Assembly: GCA_965223415.1 (NCBI GenBank)
Contig: OZ245002.1
Location: forward strand, 480,001 to 544,000
Source of the DNA: Myxococcota bacterium
GTDB taxonomy: Bacteria; Myxococcota_A; UBA9160; UBA6930
Length of the DNA: 64,000 bases
Direction: 5' to 3'
Shown here: one piece after another, positions 10,345 to 18,742 of the stretch
Position numbering within the stretch: position 1 is the stretch's first letter
Layout of the letters: each line of letters begins with the position of its first letter
Notes under the pieces: generated by a model
What the model saw: the letters and a program-made list of their open reading frames with translations, nothing else
Told to the model about the DNA's origin: nothing
The model's database searches: none
Program-made: the position numbers and the translations under genes

Positions 10345-10353
10345 CCTCCGGCC

Positions 10354-11077
10354 GTGACTTCCAACAGCGGTTCGCACACGGCGGCCGAGCGCTCGGGCGG
10401 CATCCGCCTGCGCGGTCTCGAGATGACGCGGGTCGAGACGTTCACGGACGCGGCGTTCGCCTTCGCCGTGACCCTGCTCGTCATCTCCATCGACCGGGTC
10501 CCCACCCACCTGGACGAGCTGGAGCTGGCGCTGCGCGACATCCCGGCCTTCGGCGTCTCCTTCGGCCTGCTCGGTCTCTTCTGGTGGGGCCACCACACCT
10601 GGAGCCGGCGCTTCGGCCTGGTGGACGGCCCCAGCATCGCCCTCAGCCTGCTGCTCGTCTTCCTCGTGCTCTGCTACGTCTACCCGCTGCGCTTCCTGTT
10701 CGGCGCCTTCATGAACTGGATGACCGGCGGCTGGGCCTCCCCGGCCACCGCCATCGGCGACGAGCCCGGCGAGCTCGAGCGCGTCTTCGTCCTCTACGGG
10801 CTCGGCTACATGGCGATGAGCGCCTGCATCGGCGCCCTGAACCTGCACGTCTGGCGGCTGCGCGCGGTCCTCGAGCTCGATTCCGAGAGAGGAACGGGGC
10901 GTGCTGCGCGAGGTGCGCGCCTGGGGCCTGAACGCGGGCGTCGCCCTGCTCTCGATCGGCCTGGCGGCCTTCGGCCCGGGCAACGACTTCGGGCTCGCGG
11001 GCTGGGTCTACCTGCTGCTGCCGATCCTGCTCCCCTGGGACGCCTGGCGCTCGCACCACCTCCCGGAGGAGAGCTAG
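10354..11077 (+). pseudogene. TMEM175 (DUF1211) family K+ channel, frameshifted near 10885-10891
   Basis: RVETFTDAAFAFAVTLLV and FWWGHH. After GAGAGAG the hydrophobic C-terminal helices (VRAWGLNAGVALLSIGLAAF...GWVYLLLPILL) continue in another frame to TAG 11075-11077. Confidence 0.75.
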
Positions 11078-11115
11078 CGACTCCGATGGCCGTCTCCTCA
11101 CCCCGTCGCGTCCAG

Positions 11116-12177
11116 CTAGCGGAGCTCCCGGGGCCCGCCCTCGGCGTGCAGGTAGATGCGGTCGCCGCCGGCGCGCTTCGCGGCGTACATGGCGGCATCG
11201 GCCTCGCGGAGGAGATCGTCGCCGCTGGCCGCGGCGGCCGGGCCGCCGAACCGGGTGACTCCGATGCTGCCGGTGGTCGCGATGGTCTGGCCCGCCGCCG
11301 TGAAGGGCCGGCGCAGGACCTTTTGGAGCTTGCGGGCGACCACCTCGCTGCCCTTCGGGTCCCCGAGCTCCGCGAGCAGCAGCACGAACTCGTCGCCACC
11401 GATCCGCGCGGCCGTGTCCACGCTGCGGGTGACCGAGGCGATGCGCTCGGCGGTCACGCGAATCAGCTCGTCCCCGGCGGCATGGCCGAGCCGGTCGTTC
11501 ACGGGCTTGAGGCCGTCGAGATCCAGATAGAGCACGGCGCCGGTCCGCTCGTAGCGCCGTGCGCGTTCGAGAGCGTCGCCGAGCGCGCGGATCAGCGCAC
11601 TGCGGTTGGCCAGGCCGGTGAGCGAATCGGTGGTCGCGCGGCGCTCGAGCTCGGCGGCCTGGCGGTCCTGGGCACGGCGGAAGCTGACGGCGAAGCCGAG
11701 GATGGTCACCAGGGTCACCGCACGCACGGCGAAGGTGAGGCCGACGCTCACCTCGCGGGTGATCGCCGGCGGGTCGAAGGCCGAGGCGGCCACGAGCCCG
11801 AGGGCGGGAAAGCTCCAGAAGAGCGCCGCCCGCGCCCCCAGGATCTGGGCCGAGGCCAGCAGGACGAAGGAGCCGACGTAGACGGTGATCACGGGAGCCA
11901 GCCCCAGGCCGAACACCGCGTAGCCCGCGGCGACGAGGCTCAGGCCGTACACCGAGTGGGCGGCCCAGCGGAACGCCCCGGGATGGGAAACGGCGGCGAG
12001 GGTCACGGCCAGGGCGACGACCACTGCCAGGCCGAGGACCGCCAGGCTGGGGAGCCCGAGCCAGAGGGGAATGCCGACCGCGAGCCCGCCGACCACTCCG
12101 ATGGCCACCCGTAGCGGCACGCGGGCGCGGCGGATCATGACGGCGGCGCGCCGGGCTCCGGACTCCGAGAGATCCAT
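11116..12177 (-). CDS. Membrane-bound diguanylate cyclase
   Basis: TM region, then DSLTGLANR, DLDGLKPVND..GHAAGD, RIGGDEF. Confidence 0.92.
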   Translation of the reverse strand: MDLSESGARRAAVMIRRARVPLRVAIGVVGGLAVGIPLWLGLPSLAVLGLAVVVALAVTLAAVSHPGAFRWAAHSVYGLSLVAAGYAVFGLGLAPVITVYVGSFVLLASAQILGARAALFWSFPALGLVAASAFDPPAITREVSVGLTFAVRAVTLVTILGFAVSFRRAQDRQAAELERRATTDSLTGLANRSALIRALGDALERARRYERTGAVLYLDLDGLKPVNDRLGHAAGDELIRVTAERIASVTRSVDTAARIGGDEFVLLLAELGDPKGSEVVARKLQKVLRRPFTAAGQTIATTGSIGVTRFGGPAAAASGDDLLREADAAMYAAKRAGGDRIYLHAEGGPRELR

Positions 12178-12222
12178 GCGCTCGCATCGTCCGTCCGTGC
12201 CCGGGGGCTGAGGGCAGGCGAC

Positions 12223-12876
12223 TCAGCGCCGGCAGGCCGCCCGCGCCCGGCCGTAGCGCTCGGCCACGCGCTCGACGCAGCCGAGCTGGGCTGCGTCGCC
12301 CGGCTCTCCATCGCACGCGCCGAAGGCCTCCGCCCAGGCCGCGTCGACCTCGCCGCGGCAGGCCACGTAGTCCTCGGCCCCGGCCACGGCGCGCAGGAGG
12401 GTGCGCCACGGCACGTAGAGCCCCCCGCCGTCCGCCAGCTCGAGGGTGGTCATGCCGGGCGCGCCGGCTGCGATGCTGCCCGCTGCGAACCAGCCCTCGC
12501 CCCCGAGCTGCAGGGACACGGGCAGGCTGTAGGCCATCGCGTCGATCACGCAGAGGTCTTCCACCGAGCCGTCGCATTCCCGCGCGAGCACGAAGGCCTC
12601 GCGCGCGTCGATCGGCATCCACGAGAGCAAGCGGACCTTGCCCGCGTCGCCGCGAACCCGGTCGACGACCCAGGCGTCGTAGTCGTGCAACGGGCCGCTC
12701 CAGCTCGGAGGCACGTCCTCGGGGAGGCCCGGTGCTTCCTGGAGCACGACGCGGGCGACGAAGCTCGCGGACACGACCAGGTCTTCGAACTCCAGCGGCG
12801 GGCAGGAACGGGCCGGTGATGCCAGAGGAAGGAGGAGTAGGAGCAGCGAGAGCGCGCGGAGGAGGAAGGGCATCAT
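12223..12876 (-). CDS. Secreted Cys-containing hypothetical protein
   Basis: Signal peptide and several cysteines; fills the gap co-directionally after pgm. Confidence 0.6.
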   Translation of the reverse strand: MMPFLLRALSLLLLLLPLASPARSCPPLEFEDLVVSASFVARVVLQEAPGLPEDVPPSWSGPLHDYDAWVVDRVRGDAGKVRLLSWMPIDAREAFVLARECDGSVEDLCVIDAMAYSLPVSLQLGGEGWFAAGSIAAGAPGMTTLELADGGGLYVPWRTLLRAVAGAEDYVACRGEVDAAWAEAFGACDGEPGDAAQLGCVERVAERYGRARAACRR

Positions 12877-12915
12877 CCATGCGACACCGGCGGAGTCCGC
12901 CGGTTCCCGATCGGC

Positions 12916-14562
12916 CTAACAGCCCCGGACGGCCTCGATGGCCTGGCGCGCCACCCGGGCCCCCTCCTCCTGGAGGCGCCCCAGGTGATCGCTGCCCTCG
13001 AAGCTCTCGGCGTAGAGCTTGATGGTGGCCTCGGTGCCCGAGGGGCGGATCGCGAACCAGCCGCTCCCGGTCTCGACCTTGACGCCGCCGATCGGTGCGT
13101 CGTTCCCGGGCGCCCGGGAGAGGACGCGCTCGACGGCGGCGCCCGCCACCGCCGCGGCCTCGACGTGGCGCGGCTCCATCCGTTCGAGCGCGAGGGCGTC
13201 CTCCGGCGTCGCCGGCCGATCGATGCGACCGGAGACGTGGGGCCCGTAGGCCTCGTCCAGGGCCGCGTCGCACTCGGCCAGGTTGCGCCCGGTGGTGGCG
13301 AGGATCTCCGCGGCCAGCAGGCACGGAGCGATGCCGTCCTTGTCGGTGGTCCAGGAACGGCCGTCGCGGCACAGCAGGGCCGCGCCGGCGCTCTCCTCGG
13401 CGGCGAAGCCCAGCCGCTCGGAGCCGAGACCGTCCACGAACCACTTGAAGCCGGTCGGGGTCTCGACGAGATCCCGCCCGTGGGCCGCGGCGATGCGATC
13501 CAGCAGATGGGTCGTGACGACCGTCTTGCCGAGGGCGGGCACCCGCTCCCGCGGCCAGCCGCGTCGCGCGAACAGGTGCTCCGCCGCCACCGCCAGGAAG
13601 CGGTTGGGCTGCATCAGCGCGCCGCCGGGCGCCGCGACGCCGTGGCGATCCGCGTCGGTGTCGGTGGCCACGGCCAGGTCGGCGCCGGCGGCCAGGGCCG
13701 CGAGCCCGCTCATGGCGTGAGGCGAAGAGCAGTCCATGCGAATCCGCCCGTCCCAATCGAGCCGCACGAAGCGGAAGGTGGGGTCGGGCTCTGCGTTGTG
13801 GATCGAGAGGTCCAGGCGGTGGCGCTCGGCGATGCGCGGCCACACGGCGAGGGCCGCACTGCCGACGGCGTCGACGGCGATCCGCAGGCCGGCGGCGGAG
13901 ACCGCCGCCAGGTCGATCACCCGGTCGAGCTCGGACACGTAGGCGCCGGCGAGGTCTGCCTCGGTCGGCGCCGGCATGGCGCTTCGCCGGACGTCGCGCA
14001 GCCCCGCCCGGAGGATCGCGTTCGCCCGCTCCTCGATCCAGGACGTCACCTCAGGGCCCGCCGGGCCGCCGTGGGGCGGGTTGTACTTGATGCCACCGTC
14101 CTCGGGCGGGTTGTGGGACGGGGTCAGGACGATACCGTCGCTCGGGCGCGCGCCGTCGCTGCCGCGATTCGCGGCGAGGATCGCGTGGGAGAGCACTGGC
14201 GTGGGCAGGTGCTCGCCGCGGGCCTGCACGACGACGTCGACCCCGTTCGCCGCCAGCACCTCGAGCGCCGCGTCGTAGGCGAGCTCCGAGAGCCGGTGCG
14301 TGTCCCGGCCCAGGAAGAGCCGGCCCCCGACGCGGTGGGCCCGGCGGTAGTCCGCCACGGCCTGCACGATCGCCAGCACGTGGGCCTCGGTGAAGGTGCC
14401 GCCCTGCGCGGTCCCCCGATGGCCTGAGGTGCCGAAGCGCACGGGCGGGAGGTCCGTGACCTCGGCAGGCGACGCTTGATAGGCGGCGTCCAGCGCCGGC
14501 AGGTCGACGAGGTCCTGCCCGCGCGGAAGCTCACCGGCCCGCTCGTGAACCTGCTGTCCCAT
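12916..14562 (-). CDS. pgm: Phosphoglucomutase
   Basis: FGTSGHRG, TPSHNPP (phospho-Ser), DTDADRH, GFKWF, EESAG, RPSGTE. Confidence 0.95.
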   Translation of the reverse strand: MGQQVHERAGELPRGQDLVDLPALDAAYQASPAEVTDLPPVRFGTSGHRGTAQGGTFTEAHVLAIVQAVADYRRAHRVGGRLFLGRDTHRLSELAYDAALEVLAANGVDVVVQARGEHLPTPVLSHAILAANRGSDGARPSDGIVLTPSHNPPEDGGIKYNPPHGGPAGPEVTSWIEERANAILRAGLRDVRRSAMPAPTEADLAGAYVSELDRVIDLAAVSAAGLRIAVDAVGSAALAVWPRIAERHRLDLSIHNAEPDPTFRFVRLDWDGRIRMDCSSPHAMSGLAALAAGADLAVATDTDADRHGVAAPGGALMQPNRFLAVAAEHLFARRGWPRERVPALGKTVVTTHLLDRIAAAHGRDLVETPTGFKWFVDGLGSERLGFAAEESAGAALLCRDGRSWTTDKDGIAPCLLAAEILATTGRNLAECDAALDEAYGPHVSGRIDRPATPEDALALERMEPRHVEAAAVAGAAVERVLSRAPGNDAPIGGVKVETGSGWFAIRPSGTEATIKLYAESFEGSDHLGRLQEEGARVARQAIEAVRGC

Positions 14563-14577
14563 CCGGTCGAGGGCGGC

Positions 14578-15093
14578 CTACTCGGCGGCCGCCTCGCCCG
14601 CCGCCGGCTCGAGCCCGAGCTGGACGCGGAGCGCCTCCACCGTCGCCAGGTGGTGCACGGCTCGCAGGGTGAGCCGATCCAGCTCGAGGATCGTCGCCTG
14701 TCCCTCCGCGTCGGGAAGGCGGGCGGTGGCGCTGCCGTCGCGATCGAGGAGCACCGGGTAGGGGCGGTCGCGCATGCGCGGGATCGCGATGAAACGCGCC
14801 ACCAGGCCGGGCATGCGGTGGATGTCGGCCACGTAGGCGGCGCCCAGGGCCGCGAGGCTCTCGGCGGTCTGGTCGCCCACGGCCTCTCGCAGCACGTCGC
14901 CCCCGTCCATGTCGCGGCTGAACAGCACGAGCTTCACGCTCTCGTCGACGGCGTGACGTTCCCCGTGCTGGTCGTCCAGCTCGAGCGGCGGGATGCGCTC
15001 GCCCACCGCGTAGGCGGCCTCCTCAGCGGCGGCGGGCAGCGCGCCGAGCAGGAGGGCCCCGGCGGTCAGGATCGCGAGAGTCGTTGCACCCAT
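14578..15093 (-). CDS. Secreted thioredoxin-like hypothetical protein
   Basis: Signal peptide, LELDDQHG, ADIHRMP; no CxxC. Confidence 0.6.
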   Translation of the reverse strand: MGATTLAILTAGALLLGALPAAAEEAAYAVGERIPPLELDDQHGERHAVDESVKLVLFSRDMDGGDVLREAVGDQTAESLAALGAAYVADIHRMPGLVARFIAIPRMRDRPYPVLLDRDGSATARLPDAEGQATILELDRLTLRAVHHLATVEALRVQLGLEPAAGEAAAE

Positions 15094-15118
15094 GGCCGCG
15101 AAGGTAGAGCATCCCGGC

Positions 15119-15358
15119 ATGGACGAACGCCCCGCGCCGGTCGTGATCCCTCCCGAGGAGCTGGAGGCCGAGACCCTGCGCGGCCTGGTCGAGGCCTTCG
15201 TCGGCCGCGAGGGCACCGACTACGGCGCGACCGAGCGCAGCCTCGAGGAGAAGGTGGAAGACGTGATGCGCCAGCTGCGTCGCGGCGACGCATGCATCGT
15301 CTTCGACCCGGAGACCGAATCGATCAACGTCGTGACCGAGCGCGAACGCCCTCGCTGA
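15119..15358 (+). CDS. yheU: YheU (UPF0270) family protein
   Basis: IPPEELEAETLRGLVEAFVGREGTDYG, VFDPETESINVV. Confidence 0.85.
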   Translation: MDERPAPVVIPPEELEAETLRGLVEAFVGREGTDYGATERSLEEKVEDVMRQLRRGDACIVFDPETESINVVTERERPR

Positions 15359-15359
15359 A

Positions 15360-16004
15360 TCAGGCGGTGCGCAGGTCCGCCGGCTGGGCGGGCTCCTCTT
15401 CCGGTGCGGGAGCGGCCTCCTCGGCCTCCGGCGACGTGCCGGCCTCTTCCGGGGGTGCGGCGACCTCTTCCGCGGGTGCGGCAGCCTCTTCCGCGGGTGC
15501 GGCGGCCTCTTCCGCGGGTGCGGCGGCCTCTTCCGCGGGTGCGACCTCCGGCGCGGCCAGGAGGTCTTCGTCGGTCTCGAGGGGCTCGCCCTCCGGGGCG
15601 CTCGCCAGGGACTCCTCGGTGACCGGCGGCGGCGCCAGCTCCTCGGGCAGCGCGTCGAGGCCCAGGCCGCCCTCGAGCTTCTCCAGGCTGTCCGGACACA
15701 GCTGGCCGGCGCCGGCTGCCAGGTGGTCGTAGACGGCCCGGTACTGGAGCGTCAGGTCGTGGAGCTTGCGGGAGGTCTCGGCGAAGTGGTCCGCGACATG
15801 GCCGCGGTACTCACCGTAGGCGTTCTCGGCGCTCTCGCGCTCCTGGCGGGCGTCCTCGAGGGCGCCCTGGAGCTCGTTCACCTGGGCGACGTTGTCGCTG
15901 GTCCGGCGCCCGACCCAGAAGGCGAGCAGCAGGCCGCCCAGAAAGATCGGCAGCGCCACCTCGGGCTGCAGCAGCACGGTCAGCCATTCCTGCGTCTCGG
16001 GCAT
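15360..16004 (-). CDS. YhcB/ZapG (DUF1043)-like membrane protein with acidic repeat tail
   Basis: N-terminal TM, coiled coil, YRGHVADHFAETSRKLHDLTLQYRAVYDHLAAGA. Confidence 0.75.
   Translation of the reverse strand: MPETQEWLTVLLQPEVALPIFLGGLLLAFWVGRRTSDNVAQVNELQGALEDARQERESAENAYGEYRGHVADHFAETSRKLHDLTLQYRAVYDHLAAGAGQLCPDSLEKLEGGLGLDALPEELAPPPVTEESLASAPEGEPLETDEDLLAAPEVAPAEEAAAPAEEAAAPAEEAAAPAEEVAAPPEEAGTSPEAEEAAPAPEEEPAQPADLRTA
15443..15543. repeat. About 5 copies of an intragenic 21-bp tandem repeat (encodes APAEEAA)
   Basis: CCTCTTCCGCGGGTGCGGCGG-like units start at 15443, 15464, 15485, 15506 and 15527. Confidence 0.9.
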
Positions 16005-16106
16005 CGACTTCCCTCTCCCTGCGCCGTCGGCCGGTGGGGCGGCGGCGGGCTCCTGACGTTAGCACGGCCGCAGCTCACCGACGGAGACGCGCGCGGGTCG
16101 AGACGA

Positions 16107-17102
16107 TCAGGAACGTCCCTTCGTCGCGCCGACCGGGACCTCGAAGTCGCAGAGGACGCCGGGAGCGAGGCCGTGCTGCTCGCGGAAGTCGGGCATCCGC
16201 CGCCGCACGTCGGCCAGGGCGACCTGGCCGGCGGTGAAGCGAGCGTTCAGCTCGACGACCGGACGGAAGGCCTCGCAGCCGGCGGCGTCGCGCCAGACGA
16301 AGCCGTCCACGCCGCAGGGGCCGTGGTAGCCGACCTCGGCGGCCGCCAGGGCGACGGCCACCGCGGCTTCCCGCAGGGCCTCGTCGTGGGGAGAGCCGGA
16401 GCTCGTGCGCCCGCGGGAGTCGACCCGGCCCCGGTGGCCCTGCACGATGCCCGCCTCCGAGGTGCGCTGCTCGAAGGTGCCGAGGAGCAGCACGCTGCCG
16501 CCCTCCTCCACCAGGAGCTGGGCCGACAGATCGGCGCTGCGCGGGACCCAGGGCTCGAGCAGGGCGCCGCCGCGGAGGGCGAGCCGGGGAAAGGCGCCAC
16601 CGATCGCTGCCCGGTCGAGGCCTGCACGGGGTACGGCGACGCGCCCGCGGCCGCTGCTTCCGAGCCGCGGCTTGAGCGTGAACCCGCCGAGGCTCTCGGG
16701 GGCGGAGGCGAGGGCGGCCTCCAGGATCGCCCAGGCGGCGGCGCCGTCGCGCAGCTCGTCGGGCTCGAGGACCGCCACCTCGTCCCACGGCGGCGGCAGC
16801 AGGCCGGCTTCCCGGGCCGCCGCGAGGGCGAAGGCCTTGTCGTGGACCTTCGCCACCACAGCGGGCGGAGCGCCGAAGAGGCGCCGGCCGGCCGCTTCGG
16901 CCCAGTCGAGCGCCTCCACGGTGTTGAGCCAGGCCGCGGCCTCCACCTCTTCCAGCCAGGCCAGCGGCACCGGCGGCGCGAACAGGCTCTCCCAGGCCCG
17001 GGCCAGGGCCGCCGCGGCGGGCTCGCGGATCCGCTCGCGCCAGCCGGAGCCCTCTTCCGCCGAGAGGTTCGGGAGCAGGATCGGCCCGTCCGGCGTGCTC
17101 AT
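16107..17102 (-). CDS. Divergent ATP-grasp-fold protein
   Basis: VHDKAF, LKPRLGSSGRG, LLEPW, GPCGVDG, VELNARFT. ATG overlaps the upstream stop (ATGA). Confidence 0.7.
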   Translation of the reverse strand: MSTPDGPILLPNLSAEEGSGWRERIREPAAAALARAWESLFAPPVPLAWLEEVEAAAWLNTVEALDWAEAAGRRLFGAPPAVVAKVHDKAFALAAAREAGLLPPPWDEVAVLEPDELRDGAAAWAILEAALASAPESLGGFTLKPRLGSSGRGRVAVPRAGLDRAAIGGAFPRLALRGGALLEPWVPRSADLSAQLLVEEGGSVLLLGTFEQRTSEAGIVQGHRGRVDSRGRTSSGSPHDEALREAAVAVALAAAEVGYHGPCGVDGFVWRDAAGCEAFRPVVELNARFTAGQVALADVRRRMPDFREQHGLAPGVLCDFEVPVGATKGRS

Positions 17103-17929
17103 CGCCGCTCCTGGGAGGAGCGCGCCCGGCGCACGTGCTCGATCAGCGCTTCGTCGAGACCGGCCCGGCGACGGGCGGCGGCGTCGAAGTGCCGGCCCTT
17201 CGCCCGCGCCGCGGCGAAGGGGAACGGCACGGCGGCCTCGTAGCGTGCGACCGGGTCGCCCTCGGGACACAGCGCCTCGAGCCAACGGGCCGCGAAGGCC
17301 ACGTGGCCCACCTCGTCGTCGTGCACCTGCTGGCACAGCCGGGCGCTCTCCTCGTCACCCGCCTGCCGGAAGGCGTCGCGATAGAGCAGGCTGAAGTCGA
17401 GGTTCGCCTGCTCCAGGGTGAGACCCATCGCCGCAAGGAAGGCATCCGGCCCGTCGATCGCGTCGACGTTCTTCCAGAAGTAGTCGGAGTGGGGCGCGAA
17501 GTCCGCGAAGGCAAAGCCCAGGGCGCCGAGGCGCGCCAGGTAGCCTCCGGCGTGGCGCTGCTCGTCGGCGAGGATGCGCAGCCAGCCCGCCGTGAGCTCC
17601 TGGGGCAGCGAGGGCCAACGCAGCAGCGCCCAGGCGAAGAGCTCGACGGCCTGCAGCTCGTGGTGGGCGAAGCGGGCGAGGCACAGGGCGCGCGCCGGCT
17701 CGGACACGAGGGCGCCCGGACGCGGCAGCGGCGCGGCGCCGCTCGCCATCTCGAGACCGGGCCCGCGGGCGGGGCGTGCCGGCGGCTCGGGAGAAGCGCC
17801 GGCGTCGAAGTTCGCGCCCCCGGCGACGTCGATCGGTGTTAGCTTGGCCTCGAGGTCGCCGCAGACGAGGATCCGCACGCACGCCTCGCGCACGCTCCCC
17901 TGCTGAGCCCGGATGCCGATGTCGCTCAT
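17099..17929 (-). CDS. DUF455 ferritin-like di-iron protein
   Basis: FAHHELQA, DEQRH, LEQANLD, DEVGHV. Confidence 0.82.
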   Translation of the reverse strand: MSDIGIRAQQGSVREACVRILVCGDLEAKLTPIDVAGGANFDAGASPEPPARPARGPGLEMASGAAPLPRPGALVSEPARALCLARFAHHELQAVELFAWALLRWPSLPQELTAGWLRILADEQRHAGGYLARLGALGFAFADFAPHSDYFWKNVDAIDGPDAFLAAMGLTLEQANLDFSLLYRDAFRQAGDEESARLCQQVHDDEVGHVAFAARWLEALCPEGDPVARYEAAVPFPFAAARAKGRHFDAAARRRAGLDEALIEHVRRARSSQERR

Positions 17930-18054
17930 CTGCGCGCAGCCTACCAGCCTGCGGGTTGGAGCCTAGGAGTTGGGCACGAATGCCCGATGGACGGGCAGGA
18001 CGGCCTCGGGGGGAGGACCGCGGGATCGCAGGAAGGGCGGCGGGGCCGAGCGCG

Positions 18055-18070
18055 CGGTATGCCCCTTGCA
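18055..18070 (+). promoter_or_regulatory. Putative sigma-54 -24/-12 promoter
   Basis: CGGTATG-CCCC-TTGCA (GG-N10-GC), 26 nt before ATG 18097; palindrome GGGCA-CGAA-TGCCC at 17972-17985. Confidence 0.5.
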
Positions 18071-18096
18071 CTCCCGTCGGGCCGGAGGAGAGGGCG

Positions 18097-18696
18097 ATGT
18101 GGGTTCGGGTCTTCGACGACACGCAGCAGACCGACGGCGGCGAAGGCGGTGGGCGGGGCTTCGAGATCCGGCCGCTGCCAGGAGAGCGACTCCAGCTGCG
18201 CCTGTGGGGCCCGCTGCCGCGGCGTTGGGCCGAGGGCGTGTGCAGCGGGCTGGCCCGGGCGCGCATCACCATCGAGAGCGGCCTGGCGCGCCGGGACGCG
18301 TCCGACGGCTGGTTCGCGAGCTTCCAGGTGGCGGCGGGGGCCGCGCTGCAGGACCCGCTCTCCCTCGACCTGCTGGAGCTGTCGCTGCACCCGCCGACGC
18401 CGGCCGCCTGGATCCCGATGCGGGTGGAGGGCTACGCCCTGCGCGACGACCCGGCGCTCGGGGCCTTGCGCCTCGACCTGTTCGGGCCGGACCAGCACGG
18501 CTTCCTGGGTGGGCTCCTCGAGCGGCTGGCGTTCCTCGGCCTGGCGCCGGTCGAGATGGTGATCGAGACCAGCGAGCACGGCCTGTACGACATCCTCCAC
18601 CTGCAGACGACCGACGGCCGGGTGCCGTCCGGGGTCCACCGCCGGGCGGTGGAGGAGCTGCTGGGCGGCTGCGTGTTCGAGGGCGACCACCGGTAG
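18097..18696 (+). CDS. Stand-alone tandem ACT-like protein (resembles the GlnD C-terminus)
   Basis: GPDQHGFLGGLLERLAFLGL...IET....YDILHL ACT pattern; GGAGGAG SD. Confidence 0.6.
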   Translation: MWVRVFDDTQQTDGGEGGGRGFEIRPLPGERLQLRLWGPLPRRWAEGVCSGLARARITIESGLARRDASDGWFASFQVAAGAALQDPLSLDLLELSLHPPTPAAWIPMRVEGYALRDDPALGALRLDLFGPDQHGFLGGLLERLAFLGLAPVEMVIETSEHGLYDILHLQTTDGRVPSGVHRRAVEELLGGCVFEGDHR

Positions 18697-18742
18697 GCTG
18701 CGACGAATCGACAGGGCGGGCTCCACGTCCCACCTTGACGAG

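Noticed and set aside
10354..12114. 586-aa TMEM175 fusion protein as given in the ORF track
   Set aside because: The extension is frameshift read-through antisense to the GGDEF gene.
6807..12876. Genomic island integrated at tRNA-Phe
   Set aside because: Accessory-looking genes and an IS follow the tRNA, but I found no integrase, no duplicated tRNA 3' end and no clear compositional shift outside the IS.
16109..16121. Lone AGGAACGTCCCTT resembling the repeat core (also GGGGACGTTTC near 48251)
   Set aside because: Single short matches inside coding sequence with no partner arm; may be chance or a remnant.
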